From the NCBI RefSeq assembly GCF_963921235.1, contig NC_086109.1, positions 35,094,001 to 35,158,000 of the forward strand: DNA of 64,000 bases, in the 5' to 3' direction. Position numbers and translations under genes: made by a program. This document shows, in pieces, positions 1-12,960 of the stretch (the first letter of the stretch is position 1; the number at the start of each line of letters is the position of its first letter). Source of the stretch: Mobula hypostoma (lineage: Eukaryota). A model generated the notes under the pieces. The model saw nothing but the letters and a program-made list of their open reading frames with translations, searched no databases and was not told the origin of the DNA.

Positions 1-465
1 CAATCATGGATAATTATTTTTTCTCTCATCCCATTCTCATAACCCTTAACCCCCATTACCATTCAAGAACCGATAAACTTAGCTTAAATACTCCAATGAC
101 TTGGCCTTCACCACTCTCTGTGGCACTGAATTTCACATTCACCTCCTCTCTAGTTGAAGAAATTCCTCCTTATCTCATTTGTAAAGCAATGTCTTTTTAT
201 TTTGAGGGTAAATGTGGTCTAGCCAATGCTGTATAAATTCTTGGCAGTACATCCTTTTATATCCTCGTACTCTCAAAATGAATGATAACATTGCTTTTCC
301 CTCACTACTACCATCTCAATCTTCAAGTTAATGTTAAGGGAACCCTGAACTAAGACTCCCAAATCCCTTCGCACCTCCAATTTCTGAATTTTCTCCACTT
401 TTATCCTTCCAACCAAAGAGCATAACCCCACTATTCCCTGTTATGTTGTCCATCTGCCACTTCAG
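1..465 (-). mobile_element. Decayed CR1 fragment
   Basis: Resembles the reverse complement of the CR1 3' regions elsewhere (ttaaatactcc...ttggccttc, tgtggtct...aatgctgtata, catctgccactt). Confidence 0.55.
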
Positions 466-519
466 TATAAGGTCGATTACCCTGTTTGTTGGAAATCCTG
501 GTTATGATTCTATTTTCTG

Positions 520-890
520 GAAAATACAACAACTCTAGCAGGTATAGAGAGAGAAAATAAGTTAACATTTCAAGGTAATGAGCTTTCTCAGAAGTGAAAA
601 GATTTTGAAGAAAATATATTTTAAGTGACTGCAGAGGCAGAAAGTGAGTGAATAGAGGAAAAAAATATCAAAAAGAAATTAGTGCTGGATGGAAAGCTTG
701 CATGATTAAAATGACAAAGCCATAGCAGGTCAAGGCAAATAACAATGATAATGTACAAATACAACAACTGGAGATGGGCCTGGGGAGTTCAAATAACAAC
801 AGCTCAATTATATCCAGTAGCTGGCTTCTAGGAACAATCGTCTCAATCTACTGTTGGGACCAGAAAGTCGGAGTTTCATATCTTCTTCTC
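520..890 (-). mobile_element. Highly decayed PLE 3' fragment
   Basis: Minus strand near 560-592 reads ctgagaaagctcattaccttgaaatgttaact, a hammerhead remnant. Confidence 0.4.
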
Positions 891-1254
891 CATAAACTCC
901 TCAGAGTGACAGATGTGACACGGATCCGAATGTATTTTTAAAGAGCTGCATTTTTTTCTTAATAATTGATTGATAATTCACAACAGAATCTTTAACAACA
1001 GGTGCTCTTGCAAAAAAAGAACATTGATTATGATCAGATGTTATTGAATTCAGTACTGACACCTGCGGTTTAGTAACTGAAAGATGAAGTGCTGTTTCAC
1101 TAGATTCTGTGAACTTTCCTTGAACTGTGTAAGTGACGCTTGACAGAAAAAAAATCTGTGGGAGTGGGAAGGAGAAGTAAAAGAGCAAGAACAAGAAACT
1201 CGGTGTCAGATATTAAAATGAAAGGAAGTGCTTATGAAGCAATCAGCCAATCTG

Positions 1255-2987
1255 GATTCCAGACCTAATCAGTTTTTGGATTCCAGACCTAATCAGTTCC
1301 CCCTACCACCACTCTGCTCCGTCTAGCGGAATTAGTCCTTACTCTTAATAATTTCTCCTTTGGCTCCTCCAACTTCCTCCACACTAAAGGTGTAGCTATG
1401 GGCACCCGTATGGTCCTAGCTATGCCTGCCTTTTTGTTGGCTTTGTGGAACAATCTATGTTCCGTGCCTATTCTGGTATCTGCCCCCCACTTTTCCTTCG
1501 CTACATCGACGACTGCATTGGTGCTGCTTCCTGCACGCATGCTGAGCTCGTTGACTTTATTAACTTTGCCTCCAACTTTCACCCTGCCCTCAAGTTTACC
1601 TGGTCCATTTCTGACACCTCCCTCCCCTTTCTAGATCTTTCTGTCTCTATGTCTGGAGACAGCTTATCCACTGATGTCTACTATAAACCTACTGACTCTC
1701 ACAGCTATCTGGACTATTCCTCTTCTCACCCTGTCTCTTGCAAAAATGCCATCCCCTTCTCACAATTCCTCCGTCTTCGCCACATCTGCTCTCAGGATGA
1801 GGCTTTTCATTCCAGGACGAGGGAGATGTCCTCCTTTTTTAAAGAAAGGGGCTTCCCTTCCTCTACCATCAACTCTGCTCACAAGCGCATCTCCCCCATT
1901 TCACGCACATCTGCTGTCACTCCATCCTCCTGCTGCCCCACTAGGAATAGGGTTCCCCTGGTCCTCACCTACCACCCCACCAGCCTCCGGATCCAACATA
2001 TTATTCTCCGTAACTTCCGCCACCTCCAACGGGATCCCACCACTAAGCACATCTTTCCCTCCCCCCCCCCTTCCGCAGGGATCGCTCCCTACGCGACTCC
2101 CTTGTCCGTTCATCCCCCCCATCCCTCCCCACTGATCTCCCTCCTGGCACTTATCCTTGTAAGCAGAACAAGTGCTACACATGCACTTACACTTCCTCCC
2201 TTACCACCATTCAGGGCCCCAGACAGTCCTTCCAGGTGAGGCGACACTTCACCTGTGAGTCGGCTGGGGTGATACACTGTGTCCGGTGCTCCCGATGTGG
2301 CCTTCTATATATTGGCGAGACCCGACGCAGACTGGGAGACCGCTTTGCTGAACACCTATGCTCTGTCCGCCAGAGAAAGCAGGATCTCCCAGTGGCCACA
2401 CATTTTAATTCCACATCCCATTCCTATTCTGATATGTCTATCCACGGCCTCCTCTACTGTAAAGATGAAGCACACTCAGGTTGGAGGAACAACACCTTAT
2501 ATTCTGTCTGGGTAGCCTCCAACCTGATGGCATGAATATTGACTTCTCTAACTTCCGCTAATGCCCCACCTCACCCTCGTACCCCATCCATTATTTATTT
2601 ATATACACACATTCTTTCTTTCTCTCTCCTTTTTCTCCCTCTGTCCCTCTGACTATACCCCTTGCCCATCCTCTGGGTTCCCCCCCAACCTTGTCTTTCT
2701 CCCTGGACCTCCTGTCCCATGATCCTCTCATATCTCCTTTGCCAATCACCTGTCCAGCTCTTGGCTCCATCCCTCCCCCTCCTGTCTTCTCCTATCATTT
2801 TGGATCTCCCCCTCCCCCTTCCACTTTCAAATCTCTTACTAACTCTTCCTTCAGTTAGTCTCGACGAAGGGTCTCGGCCTGAAACGTCAACTGTACCTCT
2901 TCCTAGAGATGCTGCCTGGCCTGCTGCATTCACCAGCAACTTTGATGTGTGTTGCTTGAATTTCCAACATCTGCAGAATTCCTGTTG
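1255..2987 (+). mobile_element. 5'-truncated Neptune-type Penelope-like retroelement (RT + GIY-YIG), frameshifted
   Basis: ORF pieces contain RYIDD, LPFLD, YYKPT and CGLLYIGET..RFAEH. Highly similar to the copy at 13837-15986. Flanked by a 12-bp TSD tcagccaatctg (1243-1254, 2988-2999). Small deletions near 1410, 2070 and 2470 break the frame. Confidence 0.93.
2857..2893 (+). ncRNA. Degenerate minimal hammerhead motif in the PLE 3' UTR
   Basis: agtc-tcgacga-agggtctcggcct-gaaa-cgtc-aactg. The core CUGACGA is mutated to UCGACGA, while the palindromic GAAACGUC is retained. Confidence 0.6.
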
Positions 2988-3029
2988 TCAGCCAATCTGT
3001 GTTTAGTTTCCCTGCAGGAGACTGGAAAG

Positions 3030-3345
3030 GCGGTACAGCAGCATAACAGTTAGTACAATTGCTCACAGTGTCAACTGTAAGATCGGGAATCGACTCCTGA
3101 CACCGCCTATAAGGAGTCTGTATGTTCTCCCTATAACTGTGTGGTTTTCCTCCAGATGGTCTGGTTTCCTCCCATATTCCAAAGATGTACGGTTAGGGTT
3201 AGTGAGTTTGTATGTATGCTATGTTGGGGCCAGACCTGTAGCAACAGTTGTGGTCTGGCCATCACAATCCTTGCTGATTTGATTTCACATAAATGATGCA
3301 TTTATGTTCAGATAGACATTTGACAAATAAAGTTAATCTTTAATC
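3030..3345 (+). mobile_element. V-SINE (HE1-like)
   Basis: V-domain ggagtctgtatgttctccc..gtggttttcctcc..ggtttcctcccatattccaaagatgt, with a decayed tRNA-like head. Confidence 0.75.
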
Positions 3346-3356
3346 CCTTAAAGTAG

Positions 3357-3948
3357 TGTGACGTGCTGTAAGGTTTCACTGCTAATGTAATGGCTTCTCG
3401 GTCAGGTTTTAGGCTAAGGTAACAGCTTCTATGTAGCAACAATGTTTGGGTTATGACTAGAGATAATGGCGACTTTGGAATGTATGCTAGCCAATGAGAG
3501 GCATGTTGTTCTTTCTTATGGGGTCTGGGAGCAGGGATTTCACAGTCTTTTGTGGGCAAGAGATGAAGAGAGAGGACGCGAATGGAAGGAGTTGGTAGAC
3601 CACCGGATGGAGTGGACTTGGAGCGAGGGTCCAATGGTCAGTGACGCTCAGAGGAGGTCGATGGGGGTTGAATGGATGATTCCGTGAGCTCCAAAGTGAA
3701 CTTTAGACTGTTTCACTAAAATGGGCCCTTTTTCTTTTTATTTTCTTTACTAACCCTATAGTCAGATTGAGATTTATAAAGTTCAATAGTTTAATTGCAT
3801 GCGGTGTATTGTCTGATACCTCGCAGTTCAGATTTGTAACTGGGCAACACATCACACAGCATCCACACAAACAAGATTTCTCAGTTTGGCTAGGCCAGAG
3901 GCTGTCTTACCATAGACAAACGTATGCTAGCCGAACCTCAGGGTCACA
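3357..3948. mobile_element. Probable solo LTR
   Basis: Termini tgtgac...gtcaca, 4-bp flanks gtag/gtgg, no coding signal. Confidence 0.6.
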
Positions 3949-4429
3949 GTGGACAATAGAGTGTGTGAGAAACTGAAAGGAAAACTCTGAGTAAAAGTCT
4001 GTTTGCAAAAGAAGTTCTTTTTCAGTTATTTATCACATGTACATCAAAACATATAGGGAAAAGTGTAGTTTGCGTTAACAACCAACTCAACATAAGGATG
4101 TGCTGGGAACGGCCTGTAAGTGTCACCAAAATAGCATTTGCAAGCAACAAACATGGAACAGCAGCAACAACTGCACCCATGTCGTTGACCTTCGAGCGCA
4201 GAGCAGAGGACTAAACTCCGGTCTGACCTCTAACTCCCCGACATCCCTGTGTCTAAACCCTAACTTGTCCCATAACTCTCCTCTCTGTCCCCAAAACCAT
4301 CCCTAGTAATCTACAAAAAAAAACATCTAAGTCTGAATCTTCTATCTGGAAACCTGCTGTGGCAGAAGTAAAGGAGCGGGTATGGTATCTTCTGAAGTTG
4401 AATGAGGTGTCTCTGAGAAGAAATGAAGA

Positions 4430-5500
4430 GTCCTAGACAGCAGCAAAACATTTACCAGGCTGCTGTTTATCAATTTCAGCTCGGCATTTAACACTATCAT
4501 CCCCTCAGTATTAAGTACTAATCTTCTAGACCTGGACCTCTGGACTTCTCTCTGCAACTGGATCTTTGACTTCCTCTCTGGAAGACCACAGTTGATACAA
4601 ATTGGTACCAACATGTCACCCTCAAAGATGCATACTTAGGCCACGCTCTACTCTCTACACACTCATGACTGTAAATGCCATTCATAAATTCAGAGGTGAC
4701 TCCACTGATGTTGGTAACATCTTGGCTGGTAACAAGAAGCCATAAAGGAGTGAGAGTGATCTTTTGGTTAAGTGCTGTTTTAACAACAACCTCATTTTTT
4801 ACCATCAGCAAGAGAAAGGAATTGGTTGTGTATTTCAGGAAGGGGTGGTCAGAGGAACACACAGCAATCTTCATTGAGAGTCAGCAGTGGAAAGGGGAAG
4901 AAGCTTCCAGATCCTGGACTTCAATATCTCAGAGAATCTCTCTTGGGCCTAGCACATTGTTGCAATCATGAAGAAGGCACACCAGTAGCTATACTTCATT
5001 AGAGGTTTGAAGAAATTTGATGCCACCAAAGACTCTTAAAATTTATTTTGAGGTAAACCACTCTGACTAGTTGCATTATAGCCTGGTATTAGGTCTCCAG
5101 TGCACAGGGCTTAGAAAACTGCAGAGGTTTGTAGACTCGGCCAGCTTCCTCTCAGGAACAACAATAGCCACATTCGAGGATATCTTCAACAGGTGGTACC
5201 ACAAGAAGTCAGCATCCATCGTTAAGGACACTCACCATTCGGGAAATGCCCTTTTCTCATCACTACCATCAGGAACATATGCAGGAGCTTGAAGACCCAT
5301 ACTCAATGATTGAGAAGCAGCATTTTCCCCTCCATTGTCAGATTTATGTATGATCCATAAACCCATTAGCACCATCTCATTGTTCCTTTTGCACTATTTA
5401 ATTATATTGTCATCTATAATAAGTTTGCACTGTTCTGCTACTGCAAAGCAACAGAAAATTCATGTCATGTCAGACAATGATAGTAAACGTGATTCCAATT
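4430..5500 (+). mobile_element. Decayed Rex1/Babar-type LINE
   Basis: ctgtttatcaatttcagctcggcatttaacactatc encodes [12 protein letters not shown] (Rex1 DFSSAFNTI motif). Also RKLQRFV and ALFSSLPSG 3' motifs. Confidence 0.75.
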
Positions 5501-6029
5501 CTGAAAGGTATAGGTGCACACTGCCACACACTGGTCAGTATGGTGAGTGCAAGTGATTGGTGGGGATCAGTGGCACGTGCCCAATACATTGATAGACTAC
5601 CAGGATCCTACAGTCTCTCCATCAGTTCGAATTGTATCTGATAAATGTATCTCCCCCTTGCTTTGTTTGAGTGTGCAGCCCTTCCCACCACAGAGACATC
5701 TCCTTGGATGCTGGTGGGTGCCGGTCGTCATAACCCTGGAGAACTCTCCAGGTTGGGGTGGTCTGTGCAGCCAAGCAAAGAAAGGGGGAGACAGCAGCCT
5801 CCATCACATCCTGTGGGATCCTGCAATTTGTCAAGCGGCAAAGCCCCTAGCAAAGGCCTAATGTCTGTCTCAGTCTGAGTTTATATTGAGCAATATGCTA
5901 TGCTTTACTATAGTTTCTGACTTACAGAGAAATAAACTTACAGAATGTTATCAGGACCTGGACATATATAACTTGGGAATGGTCTCTATAATGAATATAC
6001 AGTTATGATGACTTTTTGCAAATGTAGAT

Positions 6030-6430
6030 CAACACACCAAGGAGCTGGAGGAATATCCTGGGTCAGGCAACATCTATGAAGCAAAGTGAACATTTTGGGA
6101 CTAGAAAGAAAAACGATAGCCAGTATAGAAAGGATGGGGGAAGGGGTGGAGGAAAGGCCGGTGGGCGATAGATGGGTCCTGGTGGGGGTAGTGATATGCC
6201 GATGAGGGAGGGGTGAGAGTGGGAAGGATGCAAGAATCTGGGAGGTAATAGCTGAAAATGATAAATGGCTGATGATTGAATCTGACTGGAGAGGTCCGTG
6301 GGCTATGCAATAAAGGTGGGGGGGGGGCGGAGGAGATAGGTAAGAGAACCAGTGGGTGATTGGCATATGAAGAGGTTGGGGGAAGGGGAAGAGATAGGGT
6401 GGGATCAGGAAAGAAAGGGAAGGGACGGTC
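6030..6430 (-). mobile_element. Degenerate PLE 3' UTR fragment
   Basis: aacacaccaaggagctggaggaatatcctgggtcaggcaacatctatg resembles the PLE termini elsewhere, followed by a GA-rich tract like the UTR of the young copies. Confidence 0.55.
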
Positions 6431-8536
6431 TGTTTCTGTTTTGCAAAGTTAATTCTACTGGTGCTTTAACTCTAGGGATTGCATCTCCAGCACTAAGAGT
6501 TTCGGTATAGGCTTAATAACTGATTTTCAGATAACAATCCTCAACTATTTCCCCTTTAGCTTTACAAATAAATATTTGTATACTGCTGTATATTTTTTTA
6601 AAAACTTACCATTGGATGGATTTTTGATATTTGTTAGACCACAGTAGTTGGTGCAGGGTCAGTCAACTGAAGTAGGACAGGAGTCACAAACTAACCAGGC
6701 CTTAAAAAGATGATCCATTTAGATACCCAAAGATCATCACTGAGCTGCTTGGAGGTGTTTGAGAACCAAAATGCTTTTATTGGTCTTTGTTACTGTCTGT
6801 GAAATTAGATTAGATTTAAGGAAATAATTACATTCAGTTCCTCAAACTATCTTGATGAGATTTGAATTCACTGGCCAGGGAACTCAAATGCGTTTTTTTA
6901 AAATTAATTCTTCAGGATTAAGTTATAGCATTAAATAGAACACTAAGTAGAACTATTAACTTACATCACTCACATACAAATTTTTAATTATACATAAAGC
7001 ACATTTACCATTTAGTGTGTTTAATCACTGCAAAGATCGTGAATTGTACACTATGGTGTAGAATTGTACAATTACACAAACTGTTGCACAATTTAAGCCT
7101 TTGAAGGAATTTTCTCTCTCCACTCTGAAAAAATAGTGTCCATTGTACAAAAATATTTCAGCACATTTTCTCACCTGCTGAAGAATTCTTTAAGCCGTGA
7201 TCTCTGGATTGTTAAATGGGAGTGTATTTGCTACTTCTCTGTATCTGAGTGATGATGAGAACATATTAAACTATAACTCATTGTATTTCATTCTGTTTTG
7301 GAGGTCTGTTCATCTCAAATCAAATATACATTGGTAGTTTAGAACATCTTTGAAATATTAACTACCAGCTGAACCTCAATCCATGCTGGTTTTCAGCTGA
7401 TTTCATGCAACACCATGTACTGTAGTTCATAAATACACTCCACACCTGAAGATGTGAGGTGTGTTTTCAATGCATCTTCAGCACTGGTGCCCTGAACACT
7501 TCTGTATGACAGGTTTACTGCTGTGGTGCCCTCATTTGGTGATGTTAACACCAGTTGCTTAAATTACTGAGGCGTGAAGGAGGACAGGCTGTGAACGCAT
7601 ATCATCTTCAGGCAGACTGGATCTGAAAAAGACAAGTAAAACTGTTGAGAAATTAGGCCAATTTGTATCCATGTAAATCATACACAAAGTATTTTCAGTT
7701 AGTTTTCAAATGATTGTGCCCATTTTTTGTTGTTGTCTGGAAACTGGACCAGACTGTTCTTGTTCTAATTTGTTTCAATGCAGATTTCTTTTCCTCACTG
7801 TATTTCCCGTATGCAATGACACTGTCAATGTGGGTAACTGATCTAATTATCTCTCGGCAGAAATTGTATCAATAGGCTATAACTTTCTCCCTTTATAAAA
7901 ACATCCATAGTACAAAGTGGTGGACACCATGGTAAAGAAGTGAAACCTATGGGAATTATATGTTGTCTTCAGTATGTAGTTATTAACCATTACTGAATAT
8001 CTTCTGTGATCTTCCCCAAAGATTGAAAGTATTTGAACTTTCTACCGCAGCTCACAACCCCTTGAACTGTAGATCTGAAGGTTGCAGCTGTTTGAAGGAC
8101 TTAGGACCAACAGTGGTTACTGGGCTTCATCATCAGTGGATGGAAGCCCCCAGAGAGCCATGCATAGTTACATCATCATCCCTGATTCCCCACTTCTGCC
8201 TCTTTTGCACAAAACCCCACTTTCTGCCTCACTTCTGACATAGCTACAAGTCTTAAGAATACTGAACTATGTCCCTTGGGTCAGCAAAGCTTACAATAAA
8301 TTTATTATCAAAGTATGTGTACGTCACCATATACTACCCTGCGATTCATTTTCTTGTGGGCATTCACAGTAAATAAAAAAGTGACACAATAAAATCAATG
8401 AGGAACTACACACAAAGACAGACAATCAATGTACAAAAGATAACAAATTGTGCAAATAAAGTCTTTGAAAATGTGTCTATAGGTTGTGGAATCAGTTGGG
8501 ACCTCAGAGTTAGGATGAGTGAACTTATCTACTCTG

Positions 8537-9681
8537 AATAAACTTATCTCAGACTTCAAGCCGGGTACAAGTACATTTGGATGACAAACTCTGCCACATT
8601 CTTCAGGGATGATGTCTGGCCATAAATATGTCTGGTGGTATTTATACCCCAATAGTCCATTCCTCCTGATTGGTTAATCCTAATGCAGCCAGGTTTTCGC
8701 TTTTCCACCTTGCTTACAATCAAATTCCAGTTCTTGCTTAGAGTGAGACCTTCATCTTTGTTAGAATTCTTTTCCTCTAGCTTTATTTCAATAGCTTTCT
8801 TTACCAGGCGGCCCCAAAAGCCGATAGTGCAGTGCAGTAGTTTTGTGCTGAAGTCAAGCCTATGGCCAATGTGAATGCAATATTCTGATACTGATAATTT
8901 CTCCAAGGAACCCAAATGGATACAACTCCTGTGCTCCTTGATGGGGGTTTCCAATGTGCATCCCCCATCAAGGAGCACAGGAGTTGTATCTGCATTCACA
9001 GGGAATCCTGTAAGTGCCAGCCAACTTGTGTCCCAGGTCATCTTTGACCTGCAAAAGCTGCAACTTGAGCTTCTTTCTGGGTTTGTGGATAGTATTATTG
9101 TGGATAGTATATTTCTTCAGGATCTGGGCAATCCTTCCAGAAACCATACAAACATATGGAAGGCAGGTGGTAGTGATGGGTTTGTCCTCATTGTTAGGTT
9201 TCCTGTTCTTTCTGTCAGCCCTTTTAAGGCCCACATGATCTTGTTCACCTTATAGCCATTCTGTAGGAAAGTTGAGCAAAATCAGCAGTAGCGGAACACT
9301 GCATTCGCAATGACCATAGGATTGATATTGATGGCACAAAACTGAGCTAATGGCTTTTGGGACTGCCTGGTAAAGGAGACCATTGAAATAAAACTAGAAG
9401 AAAAGAATTTTATCAAAGCCAAAGGTCTCACTCCAAGTAAGAACTGGAATTTGATTGTAAACAAGGTGGAAGAGTGGAAATCTGATTGGATGAGGACTAA
9501 CCAATCAGGAGGAATGGCCTATGGGGTATAAGTACCACCAGACTAGATATGCCCAGGCATCTTCCCTGAAGGAGATGGCAGAGTTTTTCATTGAAATGTC
9601 AGTTATAATTGATACCTGTACCCGGCCTGAAGCCCGAGAAAAGTTTATTTGTCATACGTGTCGGGAAAGCACTAGATCATT
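8537..9681. mobile_element. Poseidon/Penelope-type PLE: minus-strand 3' part plus inverted copy of its 3' terminus
   Basis: Minus ORFs give LPYV..GRIAQIL..KP.KKL..KD..GTYRIPCEC and IKEHR..GHRLDF..KAIEIK..NKDEGL.LSKNW (GIY-YIG). ~8550-8890 and ~9283-9640 are inverted repeats. TSD ttatctactctg (8525-8536) / ttatctaatctg (9682-9693). Confidence 0.85.
8919..8990. repeat. Perfect 29-bp inverted repeat with a 14-nt loop
   Basis: gatacaactcctgtgctccttgatggggg (8919-8947) / cccccatcaaggagcacaggagttgtatc (8962-8990). Confidence 0.95.
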
Positions 9682-10309
9682 TTATCTAATCTGCTTCAGA
9701 ATCCTGATGGTTGAGGGGTCATAACTATTCTTGAACCTGGTGGCATCAGACCCAAGGCTCCTGTATCTCCTTCCTGATGGCAGTGGTGAGAAGAGAGTAA
9801 GTGATTGAGGCAAGAAATTCCTGTCCCAGGAGTAGCTGATGTTATGAATGGGAAAGCTGGATTTTAAGATTCGAGTTTCAAGTTTACTTGTAACGTGTAC
9901 ATCAAAACATACAGTGAAATATGCCGTTAGCATTAACAACCAATAGACCCAAAGTATGCTGGGGGCAGCCCACAAGTGGTGCCACATATTCTGGCACCAA
10001 AATAGTATACTTATAATGCTTTATATCATGCTAATATAATGCTCTTTTAATGTCTAAAAGGAAAGCAAACAATGAGAACAATTTCTTGAAGAAAGGAATC
10101 TTAATTTCACAGTCTTATTTATAATATCCTGTTTGGCATTTGCACAGTGTGCAGTACCCAACATGCCAAAAATCCATATTCTAGGCACAGTGGTTCTTTT
10201 GCGAAACTGAAAATAGCAGTGAGCATAGCCCACCGCCTCCACAAGAGACACATTGTACATATAAGTTAGAACCTAGTATTTGCTTAGTATTGATCCAAAA
10301 TGATTAATC

Positions 10310-12960
10310 CTCAATCAAACTGGAGCTGAGAAAATAATTGTGTGCAAGCAAGTACAATCAAACTGGAGTGCCAAACATATTTTCCCCTAGAGAAGAGCTT
10401 AATAGGAATTTCTAAACAGGTGGGGTAAAGCAGAGGTTTCTGAACCAAGTGTTCTCAAACTGGGATTCTGAATGAAGTGTGCTGAAACACAAGCCCAAAA
10501 ACCGTAGCACCTAATCTGAAGCCTATGATGAGGATTCCCAGAAAGGGTTCCTCAAATAGGAGCAACCAGAAGGCTTTCATTAACAAGAGCATCCTAATAC
10601 AATTCTTCAAACAGAAATGCATCAATGAAAGAGGAACAACAGAAAGCAAATGCCCCAAATGATTACCCAAACATATTGGTGCCAATGGTCGTGATCCAAA
10701 CTCAAACCTGAAATCTGGAACTACCTGTATGGAGTTTGCTTATTCTCCTGGTGTCTATGTTGATTTTCCTTGGATGCTCTGCTTTTGTTGCACATGCTAA
10801 AGATGTGGATAGGTTAATTATAGCTACTGTAAATTATCTGTAGTATAGGTTGTTGGTGGGAGAGTCATGAACCTTCAAGGACATGTGTGAGAGAATGGGC
10901 TCCAGGAAAATAAATGAGTGAATGGAATTAATGTATTGTTCTAAGAACTTGTTTAGACCTGATGGGCTGAATAGACTTCTTTTCTGTCTTAAGAGGAAGT
11001 CAAAACAGGAGCAGCCAAACTGGATACATCAAAGTAAGTCACATCTAATGCAGGATTTTGACCCAAAATGTTAATTCTTTTCCTAGCCCGGACATTGATT
11101 GACCTCCTGAGTTTCTACACCCAACTGTTTGTGCACCAGATTCTAGGGGTTGCCTTCGGGAAGACACAGACTAAAGGACAGCCCAAACAGATATAGCATA
11201 ACTAGAGCTACTAAAAACTATTCCCCAATTCCCCTGAAGTGGAGACATGAAAAACATAAACACCTACACTAAAACACGCAGACATGAATGTCAAAATGGG
11301 ATTTGACAAATGGGAAGGCATAAGTATGAGAATACAAATGGACCAACTCTGAAATAGTACTGTTCAAACAGGAGTTCAAAAAACACTTACACCCAAATAG
11401 GAGTATCAAGTTGAGTTCATTGTCATATTCACATGTATGGTGGGGTAAAGCTACAGGGAAAAACATCCTTGCTGTAGCATCATAGCCATTAAGGTTCAGG
11501 CAATACACAATACTTAAACCGTACATAAATTATACAAGCCAGTGAAGAAAAAGACTGTTCTTAACAAGACCTGAGTGAAAAAGCACAGTTAGAATCGAGT
11601 CCGTGGTAGTGCAAGAGGTGATGTGTAGAGTTCCATTGTTGAAGAAAGATGAGGTGTGTGGATTACTTCAAGAACCTGATGGTTGTAGGAAAGTAACTGT
11701 TCCTGAAAGTGGTAGTGAAGGAATTCAGGCTTTTGTAACTCCTGCCTAACAGTAACAATGATAAGAGGGCATGGCCCAGATGATAGGACTCCTTGATTAT
11801 TACAATAAATTGGACTCTTAACCTCACAATCTACAGTACCACATTAGGAACTTGCACTTTATTGCTTACCTGCATTGAATTTTCTCTGTAGCTGTTACAC
11901 TTCAATCTGCACTGTTACTGTTTTACCTTGATCAACTTCAATGCACTCTGTAATGATTTGCTCTGCATGAACACTGTGCAAGACAAGCTTTTCACTGTAT
12001 CTCAGTACATGTAACAATAATAAATTGATTCCAACTCCTTCTTGAGGCAAGACCTCATGTAGATGCGTTTGATGGTGGGGAGAACTGTATCTCCTATATC
12101 AAAATCAAAGCACCTGACTGAAAATTGTCAAACAGGAGACAAACAAGGCATGCAGATAGGCCCAAACAAAAGAAGAAATGGGTAGTTCCCAGAAAAGGAG
12201 AGCTCAAACAAGCTTCACCTGAAAAATGCACTGAGAGTAAATAGGGTTGCTCAAGTAGGACCTCCAAATAGGAGAAGCCAAGCATCAGCACTCAAAAGGT
12301 AGTCCCCAAACAAAATTATATAGAAAGGAATTGCCTACAGCAAGCTTCCAAACAAGCACCTGTAATCAGCACTGACCAGACAGGAGCACTTCATTTGTGG
12401 CCCAAAGAGAAGTAGCGACAGGTAGAAACACCTAGAAAGGGTTCCGCAAAGATGAACTCCCAAATAAAAACCCAGAAGACTCAAATGTCCATACAGAAGT
12501 GACAAAACATAAGGGCAGAATCAAGCTTCCACAGACAAAGTTACTGGAAAAAGCATCTGAAGAAAATTCCCCAAATTGGAACATCCAGAAAGGACTGCCC
12601 AAACAAGATTCCCTGTACATAAGCATCTAAAGATGGACAACCCGAACTGGATTTTCCAAAGAGTATTATCAAAAAAGAAGATTGTAAAGACTGAAATGTC
12701 AAATTAAGAATGCCAGAACTGAAGTATTTAGACTCAAGTCCTGATTTCAAGCAAAAATATCCGTAGCACTCAAACAAGTTTCCCTTCTCAGGCACCCATT
12801 TTGGATTGCTCAAACAGGAATGCACAAATGAGAGAGAATAAAAAGGAGCATCCATTGGAAAGTGCCCAATCTGGACTCCCTCACAAGATTGCCCAACAGG
12901 AATACAAAAAGTAGAGCATCGAAGCAGAGAAGCCTCTAAGACACAGCACCCAAAATGGGA
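10310..12960 (+). repeat. Highly degenerate ~14-bp-period minisatellite in three or more blocks
   Basis: Units such as ccaaattggaacat/ccagaaaggactgc/ccaaacaagattcc and caaataggagaagc/caagcatcagcact/caaaaggtagtccc, interrupted by SINE and LINE fragments. Confidence 0.55.
10720..10990 (+). mobile_element. Decayed V-SINE
   Basis: tgtatggagtttgctt attctcctggtgtct..ttttccttggatgctct..cacatgctaaagatgtg, with a CR1-like 3' end gatgggctgaatagac. Confidence 0.7.

Noticed and set aside
1674..3006. Pro/Ser-rich alternative ORFs in the PLE copies (also 14551-15120 and 13763-14198)
   Set aside because: Off-frame or UTR ORFs of a pyrimidine-rich repeat with no domain signal.
7500..7640. Strong minus-strand splice acceptor near 7623
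   Set aside because: All frames close quickly and there is no other evidence of an exon.
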